This document shows, piece after piece, positions 48,001 through 60,700 of a DNA stretch of 64,000 bases. Position 1 is the first letter of the stretch; the number at the start of each line of letters is the position of its first letter. The translations under genes and the position numbers were made by a program. The notes below the pieces were generated by a model. It saw nothing but the letters and a program-made list of their open reading frames with translations. It was not told the DNA's origin and did no database searches. Location: the NCBI GenBank assembly GCA_001643675.2, contig LSRY02000006.1:620001-684000 (forward strand), read 5' to 3'. The DNA is from Monocercomonoides exilis PA203. Taxonomy: Eukaryota; Protista; Preaxostyla.

Positions 48001-51000
48001 TACATATACTTGACTGCAGACATGGTGTGGAAGCAGGCTATGGCCTTCTTGAATTTCGTGTTAGGTGAGCATTTTTCGGTGAGAAAAGATGCAATTCGAT
48101 ATTTAACTGAAATGGCTAAGAAATACAATTGTGAAGATGTTTTAACACACGCATTTGCAGATCCATTACGATTTCATCCAGAAAAAATGATTATGCTTCC
48201 TCCTGAACTGAATCACACAATGAATTCGTCAAATCTTGTTCGATCTTTAAGTACTATAAATTCAATCATTCCTGAAAACGCAATCAAAGTCAATTCTCAT
48301 TATATTATAAATACGCTCAAAGGAAACGAATCAAATAAAAAAGTTGTGATCACACCTCTCTCTTCAATGATGGATCAACGACAGCTTCTTGCCTCCAGAG
48401 AAGGACGAAATATCGATCTGTCAATTCTATCGTCGAATTTGTTGCGTGTATTCGCATCAGCCATTTATCGCGATTCTCACAATATGCTACCAGCCACTGA
48501 ACAATACAAATGGGAGGAATACCAGCAATCACTTACGACAGTCAGAATCTCTCTTCCTGCGCCTAAGTTGGACCTGTTTTCAGGCAAGAAAGGAACAGAT
48601 TCCCAGTCTCCTTTGACTTATTTCCACGGCAATTGTTATACCAATCCATTTACTGTACTTGAGCTTCGAAGGCATCTTGAGAATGTACGAAATATCACAG
48701 CAGAACGCTTCAGAAAACGGCTTATTGAGTTTCACACAAGACTAAACATGATTTTACAAAATGTTTACAAAATTGCACAGCTAAGCGTGGACTTGGATCT
48801 GATTGCTAAAGAGCAGGAGTTAGTGCCGCCGAATTATCCAAGTCTAGAAGATGTTGCAAAGAATGTTAGACAAATGCTTCAAACAAATATGCAGCGGGCT
48901 CTGGATAGTCCTTGCCAGTTTAGATTTTTAAAATGCTATTTTGACAAGGCTAAAAATGAACAAATTAAGATTCATCTAGAAGCCCACAAATTGCAAAGGA
49001 TAAAGACGCTCTCGACAGATATGAGAATTTTTATTGTTTTTCTCACTCAGACATGGGCATTGGAGTACAATAACTGCCTTCGTCGTGCTGTAGAACTCAC
49101 ATATCAGCAAATGGTACAAATTCAACGCCAGCAACAGGTCAATGTGGGAGACATTGGCACTCGCCAGCCAGTTGCTAATTTCATGGCACAATCATTGTTG
49201 ACCGCAGTGAATGGAATTGTTACTGCAGTTCGAGATCGTTTTCTATTTTCAGCTGTACATCGTCTCACACGAGATTTGTGTAATGGACCTCCCGCCTCAG
49301 TACGAGTATTTTACGCTCCTCCAATCTTTTCGTTTCACAGGCAGCTTGTTGAGAGACAGCACTTTACGTGGAAGGATGTGATTGAGCAGTACTCATCACT
49401 AAGAGAAAAGAATGAGTTTACTCCAAAAATATACAATTCTTGTATTCCTGCGTGTGTAAACTTCTCTGATGGAGCTTATCCTTTGTCTGCATTCCCCACA
49501 TTTAACTCACGAAAGCTGGATCATGATCTATTTTTCACACAACTTGGCCACCAGCTTCAAAAAGCGGGTGATCGTTCACTTAAACATCCAATGCAGGATC
49601 TATCACAAATGAGGATTAAATCCATTTATGAAAAATTAAACATAAAACTTGATTGGGAATCTGAAGACGATTTGTGGATGGAAAACGATGAAAAAGAGGC
49701 GAATTGTAGAAACCAGCGGCTTCCGGACTCTCCTGTATTTGCTGCAAGCGCTTTTTATAGGAATTTGGAAGATGAAATCAAAAAATTGTTTAAAGGATGT
49801 ATTGAAGAGGATGTATCTGCTCAGGCTGTTGATTCGGCTCGTTCGCATTTGACATTCAATCTTTCATCATTTATTGAAGAAGGAACGGATACGATCAAAG
49901 AGGAGGAATTCATTGTACCACCTATTATCCGCAATACACGTTATGCATTGGGGTATATTCATTCTCCAGCAACTGAAGTGTTTATCGTTGATCCTTATTT
50001 CAAAAATCTCAACAACGAAGCTCTAAAGACAGATGGAAGACCTGTTGGAGTGCCAATGACTGAAATTCCGAAACTTGAAGATATCGTTGCTAATTGTGGG
50101 AATCTTGCTCTTTTGCTTTGCACTACGCTTCCACAAGAGGAGATATTTCCTAAAGACGCTGACAAAGCATTTCGCTTGTTGCATGTGCATGCCATTGAAG
50201 CGCTTTCATCATTCTCTCCTCAGATTGTACATACAGCTATCAGGGAAACTCTTTTATACCAAATAGCTTCTTCTGCGTCATCGTCTCCTGAGATGGCTCC
50301 TTATCTACGGTTTGGAAGTGCCGCATTACTTCCCTATGATGTGTTCAATTTACCAATTGAACATCAACTAACAAAGAGTGAAATGGCATTCCACTCCTTT
50401 TATGACGAGAAGGTACCATCGGATAAGATGCCACATCTAATAAGAAACATCGACCATACAAATGCTACAACAATAATCACAGAAGCTCGTATTGACTCTT
50501 TGATATCTTCGTTATACATGCTTTTGGAAAAGGGTCTTCTTGATGCTCCTCCAGTTCTGAATCTATTTACATCAATTCTAGCTTCGATGTGGAAAACAAC
50601 ATTTTATTTGTATCCACTGTTTCCTGAAAAGAAAAAGAACGACAAGAAAAAAGGTCTCAACAGAGAGATGGAAACGTATCACCTAGACGAGCACTCGAAG
50701 GATCTTCTTTTAGATCAGACTTTGGTGGAAAATACTGTAGTTGGCGCCATTCCACATTTGATGATGCTCATTCGCCAATCATTTGAAGATGCATCTCCTC
50801 TTCCCAGCCAACGAAAACTGTCTCCTGCGGAAAGACCTTTTCCTTGTGACATTGACATTCCCAAAGAGAAAAAGCAAGCACCGGTTGTGTTGATGACACT
50901 TGTTCCATCTCTTGTCTTATATTTCCACGCATCACTAAAACTTATGAAATTCCTAAATGAACTCTCTTACTATTCATTTCTCGTCACAAAGAAGCGATAT

Positions 51001-54000
51001 TCTCGTAAGGTTGAAGAGAAAGCACGTAATTCATGGACAAATGATTTTGATAGAAGGGAAAGCATGTCATATTTCACACAATCAGACAGGTTCCAGCGTG
51101 ATCTGACAAGTAACTTTGCAAGCGATTTGTGGAGTTATCGTGATAAAGAAAACGACTTCCTGCAAGTAGCTCCTCATCCACTGCTGATATATGCAGTACC
51201 TTTGATTCAGCTGATCATCAAAATCGTGCATGATTGGATTAAGATATCTTCTTCAATAACATGTTTTTCTCAACTGACAGTTGCATCCGGACCTTTGAAC
51301 GACTTAACAACAATTACCGATTTTCTGCAAGCTAAAAATGTTGGATTAGAAAACGTCCACGTTCAGCACGAGCTGTTTTGCGATTTATTGAAAAGCCGGC
51401 AAACAAATCCAAGTTCTCCAACATATCCACACGACTCTGATGAACGATCACCCGCTGTTCGTCTTTCAATTGCTTGGAAGCAAATAGATCTCGTTCTGAT
51501 AGAGTTACCGAAAATTATTGATACATCACTGGCTATTTTAGCAGGCAGGGTTGAAGATGCAGTTAGCCTTATTCAGCGCAATTTACCTTTGTCTCTTTCT
51601 AATGCTGCTGACACAAAAATTGGTGAAGCAAAAAGTGGTGCAGTTAGCTCATCGTCAAACGAGATAATTCATGGAAGTAATATTAATGAAAGCAGCACGA
51701 AAGGAACAGAAGAAGAAAACTTGGATGATCCATCAAGCTCTACACAAAGTTCAGAATCCATTCAGAAATTACCTTCTACGAATTTTGATGCAAATTTGAA
51801 GAGCTTCTTTGTTGGATTGAGCGATCAACTTTGTGTTGTTGATCCAAAAACGAAAGCAATTTCGCTCCTAGGCGCACTACCAAACATGGAAGAAAGAAAA
51901 CGGAAAGTTGAACTTGAACCTGTCATTTTCCACAAGGTGATAACACAAGACAACATAGCAACTTTTGTGAAGGAGGCTTATAGCAACTGGATTCGAACAA
52001 CACCAACATGCACAGAAAGGAATAAGCTTATTCAGACAACTCAAATATTTGTGAACTGGGCAGATGAGCATCTTCTCCTCGTTGATTATCGAAATCTTCG
52101 CCACTTGGCTTCATTACTTTTGGATAAGGCAAGCGATCTTAGAGCTGATGTCGCAGAAGAAAAGATCAATCCCGAAAAGGCACAAAATTCGCAGACTAAA
52201 GAGATTCTCTCTGAAAGACTTGTATTCTTTTTCCAAATGATTATCCAACGTCAACCACACACTGAAGTTGCTCTTAGTCGCCGTATCAAAGCGATATTCC
52301 GTGAAGTTATGGCGGCTGTTGAAGGTCTATCATTTCGCATGAAAGAACAGGGGAAATTGCGAGATGTCAACGGATATATATTCACTACCCAACTTTCAGT
52401 AGATCCAAAATTGAAACCTGCTCCCAACAACTCCCCAGCACTTGATGAGTTGTATAGCGAGCCAACGTTCGCTTACCATCTTGTTTGCAGTCAGTTTCAC
52501 GATTTAGCTTTTCCCATAGTCGACTCATTCTTTTCGAGTCTGCCTAATCCAGTCAAAGATTTTACTGAAATGGATGCTGCTCGTGTTGTAGGTCAGACTC
52601 CGTTATTTATATCAACCATTAACATGAACTTCCTTGAAAAGAAGGATAAGCTAAACGAACTTGAATTAAAATTAAAGAAGCAAAGAGAGGCTGAATTGAT
52701 TGAACAAAGCTCAATTTTCGTGTTTTGCGATGTGCTGTGGCAGATGGACGATAAGGAAATGTTCACATTTGCTTCTGAGTATCTTGTGCTTCTTCGTCAG
52801 CCTTATATGATGAATAGAATGGCATCAAACAGATATGCCTATACTGGAGGAGATAATGTTTCACAGGCTCCAGTTTACCTCTTCTTGGAGAATGATCTTT
52901 GGTCACGATATGCTCATATTCTTGCAAAAGGATTTCATGCATTGGCTGCATCTCCTCCAAAGCAGATACAGGAGAAAATACTTGCATCAGCCAGTTTACT
53001 TATTGATGATTTATGCAAAGCATTCCCTGACTTTGTTGCAACGAGCATTCCTTACTTTGTTGATTCGATTCCGCACAGCTTAACTGATATACTAAACAAA
53101 ATTACTTCCACAGTTCTTGTTTCTCAACGCATACCAAGCCATTTTCCAAATCCTACTCTTCCTTTGAAGTCTTGGTCGGTTTTGCAAACGCCAGAGCTAT
53201 CTATTCAAAATGTGCCAAGGGTGAATTATCGATTAATTACAAAGCATTATTTGGAGGATGTAGATGCATATGTTAGCGAATATCTTGCACCAAACGTAGA
53301 TGAGCGAACAAAGATTCGAGATCGACTTGGAATGATTCAGAAGCTTCTCAATTACACTGTTGACACGAAATCTTCAACTCTCATACCTCCTACTCAAAGT
53401 GCTGATGAAACGTTGCCTCGAGCCAGCTTCCTTGAAAAGTTAACCAAAGAAGATAGCAATTTGATGGAGGACTTGTATCAGATGTTGACAATAACATCAG
53501 GCATTCCTTTCCCATATTATTTATGCGATGAATTTGCTCTCAATAATGTCGCTCGATATATTTTGTGCTATGTTCTTGATCGCTCAGTTATTCATCCTGG
53601 AGTCACACCGCTTGCTAATCGGCTATTTCCTTCAAATTGCTTTGGAAAAGAAAATGTTGTTATTTCTCCTTTTGCAATTTCTGGTTATTCGATTTTCTTT
53701 GCTTTGTGTAAATCTCTTCCTGAGCCTCTTATGATGATATTAATTGAAAGTATTTCATTTTCTTTAACGTGCCCAAGCCCAACTACTGCTCTAGCTGCAC
53801 ATTCTCTCTTCTTTATTGCAATGAATGGAGATGTAACTGCACTCACCACCAGACTTTCGGAAAGCCCTTCTGAATCAAAGCCTTCTTTGTTTACGCCTGC
53901 CGATCTTAAATCTTTGGTTCTGCCATCTCCACCGACTCATTCTCAATCGAATGATTTCTGTAACTCTCTTCCAATTATTCAATGGACTATTCTTAAAGTT

Positions 54001-54144
54001 CTTATCAATCGTTTCAAAACTCCAAATTCTCCTCCTTGGGGTGTTTCTGCTGCGCTTCTTGAGCTTTTGAATGAAACGAGCTTCTATCAAGGACCATTGT
54101 TTGATGAAATTAGAAAACAGGCTGATAAAACAAAAACAGAATAA
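39004..54144 (+). CDS. NOT1: CCR4-NOT scaffold NOT1/CNOT1 homologue with N-terminal NEK-like pseudokinase domain (7 exons, ~4,843 aa)
   Basis: The last exon (40339-54144) holds a CAF1-binding MIF4G-like block at ~45478-46065 (PPDNMQGQLMKIMNTVS...LGSFLG...NRPI...LDLKAAL...IVPFVHNIL...VFRNPCQPWLFSIVELLRELY...IKYKIE). It also has a TTP-binding-like block (~43800-44110: QLLTNLSDYPDF) and a Not1 C-terminal-like block (FPDFV...DSIP...LTCPSPTT...ILKVLINRF...PPWGVSAALLEL). Upstream exons 39004-39022, 39101-39411, 39477-39600, 39695-39752, 39822-39848 and 39945-40131 encode kinase subdomains I-X and splice in frame. Confidence 0.8.
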
Positions 54145-54373
54145 ATAGACAATACATTTCGCATCTTCACCTAAAATAGGTGTTTTCATATTTTTTTCGT
54201 TGTGTTTTATTCAATTCTAACCACTTCAAAAATGTGCATGTATTGACTTCAGGTAATTGTCTTTAAATAAAATTATAAAAATAATCAGTAAATGGGTTGA
54301 ATTAAAAAAGAAAGAAAGAAAGAAAGAAAAATAACTCAGCGTTTTGCTGTTTTAATTGGAAAAAAAATATAAA

Positions 54374-56383
54374 TTATAAAAAACTTCTAATCCATCTATT
54401 TGAATGTGGCTGCGAAATTTTTTTATTTGGGTGCAAAAAAGTATCAGTTAAAGATTTGGCTTCTTCTTTTGCCTTTTCTTCCATTTGTTGCTTTAACAGT
54501 TTGCGTCGAAGTCTCTCACGTTTGTCGGGGTTGCCAGGTTTCTGACGATTTTTCCTTTTCTTCTTTAACTTTAAAGTATCAAAGCACCAAATCTTATCTG
54601 ACTCTTCTTTCCATTGCGTGAGTAACTGACTGTGAATATTAAATCGAATTAATTTTTGAGAGTGTTCTCTTTGCTCGAGATGGTTTTTTGTGCAATTTTT
54701 GGGGAGAAATGGAGAAACAATGATGATATCATTATCACAATTATCTGTTTGAAAATAACCCGAAGATCTGCTTGAAGATGAAGCGTCGGATGAACGTTTA
54801 TGAAAAGAGATTCCTCCAAAAGGATACATGAAGCAGATCGATTCGGCCTCATATTTCTTGTGCAGCTCTTCTGGAAATGCTGATATCAATTGACCTAACC
54901 GAGAATATTCGAAATTTTTGAGTGAGGGTTTTGCTAATGGTTGAAAATGATGTGAATTATCTTCATAAAGTTGATTTGAATAAATTTCATGTTTTTCAAG
55001 AGCTTTGCTGTTTTTCTGATTCAATAATTCGTGATAACTTTTCGCTCCTTGAGGATTTAACGGAATTGAAAGTGATTGTGTGGAATTGCATTTCATGTGA
55101 TCTTGCGTGGATTTACTAAATCGCTGATTCATCTTCATTTCTTCATTTGGACAATCCTTTCGTTTTCTCCTCTTAAAAGCCGACTCAAAGTCAACTTCAC
55201 TTGTGATTCTTTCAATGAAGTTCATTAATTCTGTGTTTTCTCCAAAATTAGACTTGTTTTTCACTTTCTCTTCCTTTTGTTCAATACATTGCTTCAATTT
55301 TTCTCTTTCTTCTTCAGATAGGCAAAGGATGTCTGCTTCGCTGAGTTTTTTCTTCAGTTCTTCGAGTGTTTCATTCGATAGCTGGCTAAACTGAAGCTCG
55401 TTAAAATTACTTTTCTGGATGCACAGTATCTTTTCTTCCGCTTCTTCCCACATTTTTTTTTCTTCTTCACTTGTAATCCAGTTTTTCACAATCCATTCGT
55501 GATACTTTAAATAATGTCTTTTTGCATCCTTTATCTGTTTTCTAGTAAGTTCTCTTCGGACTCTTATGTGCTCGCTTCTCGAGAATTCAACACTTTCTCT
55601 GTCAATATCAAATGCTCCTTCATTGCTCTTCGAAACATAGCTCACGTGTGCAGCAGCAAGTTCAGCATCTTCTCTCTCCCATGTTTCAAGCAACTTAAAG
55701 CGATGCAGACGAGCAGCCTCAAGCCTTAAGCCATCTTCGTCGTTAAATCTAGCCTCAAAGCCAGACTTTGATTTTGTTGATCGCGAAGATGACCATTTTG
55801 AAGCAGTATTAAATATATTGTCTTCTAGACAAGAAGAAGAAGAAATAGAAGATATGCAGGCAGGTGAATGAGGTGAAGATCTTACAGTAATCGAGCTTTT
55901 ATCGTCTGAATATGAAAATATTTTTGATCTTGTAACTACTGAACATGAAATCAAACTTGGATCAATTGTTTGATTGAAGTAATCCTTTGATGAAAAAAGC
56001 AATTCATTGAAGTGTTTTGAATTACTATTATTTTGATAGCTTTTCTTTTGTTTCGCAATTTTAAAATTAGCATGGTAAATCCTCTGTTGAAAAGCATTCA
56101 TCTCAAAAGATTCTCCAATTGAATCATATTTCCAACGACTTCCTTTCAAATGCTTAGGAAACGTTCTTTTGAGTTCATTTTCCACTGGAAAAAGTAGATT
56201 TTCATTCATTTTATTTGCATCTGCGCTTGAAGAGAATAATGTCCATTTGTCGTCAATTGATTGCAAAGAACTATCTGTTTGATAAATTGATTTTGATTCA
56301 CTTCCAGAATACGATTGACGAAGGTGAGTTTGAAGATTTGATGTTGATTCCATTGCATAATCTTTTGTTGCGGCAGATGACAA
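54374..56383 (-). CDS. Hypothetical protein (~670 aa, charged, coiled-coil-like segments); true 5' end uncertain
   Basis: 2-kb ORF convergent with NOT1. The track start is TTG; first in-frame ATG at 56353, and a probable splice acceptor near 56399. No domain recognised. Confidence 0.75.
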   Translation of the reverse strand: MSSAATKDYAMESTSNLQTHLRQSYSGSESKSIYQTDSSLQSIDDKWTLFSSSADANKMNENLLFPVENELKRTFPKHLKGSRWKYDSIGESFEMNAFQQRIYHANFKIAKQKKSYQNNSNSKHFNELLFSSKDYFNQTIDPSLISCSVVTRSKIFSYSDDKSSITVRSSPHSPACISSISSSSCLEDNIFNTASKWSSSRSTKSKSGFEARFNDEDGLRLEAARLHRFKLLETWEREDAELAAAHVSYVSKSNEGAFDIDRESVEFSRSEHIRVRRELTRKQIKDAKRHYLKYHEWIVKNWITSEEEKKMWEEAEEKILCIQKSNFNELQFSQLSNETLEELKKKLSEADILCLSEEEREKLKQCIEQKEEKVKNKSNFGENTELMNFIERITSEVDFESAFKRRKRKDCPNEEMKMNQRFSKSTQDHMKCNSTQSLSIPLNPQGAKSYHELLNQKNSKALEKHEIYSNQLYEDNSHHFQPLAKPSLKNFEYSRLGQLISAFPEELHKKYEAESICFMYPFGGISFHKRSSDASSSSRSSGYFQTDNCDNDIIIVSPFLPKNCTKNHLEQREHSQKLIRFNIHSQLLTQWKEESDKIWCFDTLKLKKKRKNRQKPGNPDKRERLRRKLLKQQMEEKAKEEAKSLTDTFLHPNKKISQPHSNRWIRSFL

Positions 56384-57730
56384 ACATGAAGTAGAACACT
56401 GAAATACAAGACTATAAAGTTAATATTTTTTTAAATTTAACTGAAAAATGATCAGGTACTTGCGTTTTTTCCTTTAATTGTTTGTTATCATTAGTGTTTG
56501 AAGAGATGTTGTTTTTTTCATGATTAAAACTTATGAAATTTTTTTCTGATGTTCGTCCCAAAACGGAAAATGGAGTGTAAAAATCATAAAAATTAGTACT
56601 TTCTGAGAGAATTATAAAAATAATTTCAATTTTTATATAAGTTAAAATAAATTTCTAATGAAATTAAAAAACAAACGCTCTTCCGAAATTGTAGAAAACG
56701 TGAAAGATGCATATGATCTTATCATAAGAAATCTAAAATGAATATCAAATGGAAGAAATGTTATGAAATTTCATTTAAAGAATGTAATGTTTATTTTTTC
56801 ACAAAAAAAAAAAAAAGAAAAAGATTCAGAAAAATAGCGTCCAGTGATAATCTTTATAACTTCATATATATTTCCAACCGCAAAGCAAACTTTTTAATTT
56901 TAAATTTGAATCAGATTTTTTAGCAAATTCACATTCAAATTAATTATGGGAAAAGTTCAATCTTAAAAACTGTGAAAAGTCAATTATTTTAATTTTTAAC
57001 AAATTGTTGAGAAGGTGCATAGTAATTTCTCTGATTTATTGTTTTTTCAAATGAAGTTATTTTTCAATGTGACAAATATTTTTTGAAGTTTTTTCTTTTT
57101 TGTTTTTTTAATGAGTGAATGGAAATCCAAATGCAATTTTTTTTATTGTGCAAATTTTATCTTTCAAAGTCTAAACAGCGCAAAGAAAAATAAGAATGAA
57201 TTTCTGAATTTTTAATTAAAATTATTAAATTACGAAAATATCTTTTTCTCAGATAAATATTTAATAAATGCATATCACATTTATAGATTGATTGTGTATG
57301 AAAACTGTATTTGAAATTTTTGAGATCAAATACGAAAAATTCACAACAAATATGCATTCTATATTTCATAAAAAGATGCAATAAATAAAAACTTCTTACA
57401 CAAAAATGAATAAGCGTTAACTTAAAAAGGTTTCAATTCATAAATGAAGATAAGTCTGCGCTTCAGTTATATTTATTCTTTGGAGGTCTGACGTAACAAA
57501 AGTTTGGCTTTCAAAAAAATTTCCTGGTGAATAAATTTCTGTTAGGCATCTAAGATGTGAGCATATTCCAGAGTTGTTTCTTTGTATTCAATGAAAATGA
57601 ATTTTTCACTTATTCATTTCTATTACACAATATTTAATCCAATGCAAGTTCAAACCGTTTGCTGTCTTTTCTTTGAAGACAGTGAAAATGTTATTGTTGC
57701 ATTTGATTAATTCTTTTTTAATCGTTGATT

Positions 57731-60700
57731 TCATGTGATAATCTCTTTTTGTTTCTTTTCATTCTTCTCAATTGCATCTTTCATCTTCTCATAACTGAGT
57801 TGTTTTCTCTTTTCTTTGATTCTTTTTGATGAATTCTGTGAAAATGTTTCTAGCGATTCAGAGATGAATTGTGCTTCATCGTTCGTTTTGTTAACTTCAT
57901 TTTCTGTGTCATCCTCTTGGTCAATCGCATCTGACATCGTTAGAATCACTGCTCCAGCGGGAAAATGCAGAAAAAGTTCCCTTTTCAAATCATCCAAAGA
58001 AATACGAAAAGAGCGTTGTGACTTCCAACATTTTTTAATAATCTCTCCCAATTCACTTTCATGAATTGGTACTTCACTTGGCCTCTCCCCATTCACAATC
58101 TTCTGCCCCGCCACCTCTGCCTCATAATCCCCAAACGGAATCTGGAGCGTCAGACACTCCCACAGCATCATCCCAATCGAGAATGATACAGATTCCTTGG
58201 TTGCTCCCATCTTCTTGTTGATCAGCAGCTCAGGTGCCTTCCACCTCAGGCACTCCTTTTTGAAGTCATCCTCATCCTCAAAGGCTGATGAGGGCAGAGA
58301 GTCATCGTCATCATCACTTGCAGATGTCACAACAGTTGATGACGAGATGGGAGATGAGTCTGAATCATCATCGGACAATAAGTCAGAGTGCATCACAATG
58401 CAGATGACCATGTGTTCTGAGAACAAAACAATGTGAGGACTCAGATTAGAAAGAGATTGAAGAGGATTTTCCATCTCGTCAAATGAGTGAAGAGCTCCAT
58501 TTGCCACCCAGAACAAGATCTGAGCAGCTGTCTGCTCCCTCTCCTGAAGAGTGCCAATTGGCATCTCCTTTGTCTTATTCCTTCCATGAAGCAACATGAA
58601 CAGAGAATCCCTCAGATCCACAATCAGCTTCTCATGAGGTGATGAACAGGCCATTGCATCCACCAGATTCGACATTGATGAAGTGGTTGGGCAAAGATCC
58701 TCTCCTCGAACAAAAGTTGAATCAGAATCAGCTGTTGAAGTGGATGAGATGGAAGGTGATGGTGTTCTTTTTCTTGTCTCTTCTTCTTCAACCTTCTCCA
58801 GCATCCATTGAGGGATCTTGTCTGAGTCTCTGCCCAATATGTATTCAGTCGATCCGCTCTCACTCAGCAAATGCTCTGATGACTCTGAATGCTGCATATT
58901 CGTATCATATATTCTCTTTTTCATCCTCTCATCATTCTTCTTCTCTGCCTCTCTCTCAGCTCTCCTCCACTGCTCCTCTGGAGACATCTCCATCGTCACC
59001 ATCTCAAACGCCTTCGGTTCCTTCTTCACTGTGTCTTCCACAATTATCTCCAACTCTTCTGTTCTTCTCTTTTGCTTCCTCCATCGAACAATAAATACAA
59101 TAGCAACAAACAGAACAAGCAATAATATACACAAAATGATCACAATTACAACCCACAATGAACTCGTTTTTGCTTCTCCTTTCAATATATTTGAATCAGT
59201 ATTTTCACGGAGTCCAGTTCTATTCTTTATTACAACGCAATCCGTATACAGAGGGCTTTTTTTGAATCCATATTTTAGCCTGACAAGCACTTCTGCCTCA
59301 TCTTCTGCTTCTTTGATTAAATTTGAACCTACTATCCCTTCAGCTTCTTTCTCCGTCAAATACCCTTCCTCCCCAAACTCGTATGTTTCAATTTGATTTT
59401 CTTCACCTTTTGAGCTTATCACCTGAAATGATAGATTGCACGGATGAAACATCTTTCCGAAAAATCTCAGTTTTGTCCATTCTCCAAAATCTTCAATCTT
59501 GATATCCTCAAAAATTGGCATAAATAGACCCCAACCCTTTTCAAATCCAGAGCCAACGAGATCGCATCCATCGTTAATTATCCATTGTAATTTGTTATCA
59601 TTTGCTATTCCTCCTTCCTTCGTATCTACCAATCCCAACTTTTGTGCATTGAAGCACAAAATGTTCCTGCGTGCTGATGAATATCCCTCAATGTTTGCGT
59701 TATTTCCTGAAAATTCCCCTTTTTCTATCGTTGCATTTCCTCCCGACAATGACATTCCACCTTTTGGCGAGTTTTCTATTTTTGCTTCTTTCATGTACAT
59801 ATCACTGCTTGAAAAATCCACCAAAGAACCGTTCCATTTGCAAATAGCATCAGATTTTGTATTCTGAATACTCGAATCTACCACAGAATTAGGTCCCTCA
59901 AATGAGCAATAACTAACTGTAACATTTTTGCACAGGCTAAATGAAGCAATTGATCCTTTTTCCAAATGAGAAATGCAATCCCTAAACGAGCAGTTATCCA
60001 TTGACAATTCCGGCGCCTCATTATCGTTGACCATAATAGAAGATGCCACATCCGAAGAAGTTGTAATATTTTCGAAAAACAAACAAGATAATATTGCCTT
60101 TGAGTCATTTGATAACGCAAATTCGCAACAAGTTCCTTCTTGTAACTGTATTCGAGAAACATTCAAATTTCGCACAGTCACCACGAGAGAATTTTTAAAA
60201 GCAAGCAACGACTTTTGACTTGCAATATCATGAACGAGGCTGTCTTCAATTCTGGCTTTAGCATTTGGAGAAATGAGAATCATCGGTCTGGCCAAACGGA
60301 GAAACGAAAACTCGCAACTTTCCAATAATAAGCTGCCGCAATCAACAGATATAATATTGAAGCTTAAATCGTTTTTAACATGGATCGAATCATTTGGTTC
60401 AACTGAAAAAAGCAAAAACGAAATCGTCAATGTTCCATTCATCTGTCCAATTAAAGCTTTGGTATCAGAACAAAACGAGGGGTTGAAAATAAATGAAAGA
60501 TATTCCAATTTGACTTTGTCGTAAGAAGTGATTAAAGAATTATTCTCACATTCAATTGTATTAATAAAATGTATTATGGCTTTTTTTGGATGATCTAAAG
60601 TCCGAATTAAAACGCTTATAATGGAAGTTGCAGACTGCAAATTTGTTTCCTCTACGATCAATAATTGAGAATATTTTGTTGGGATTATGTGGGAAATGCC

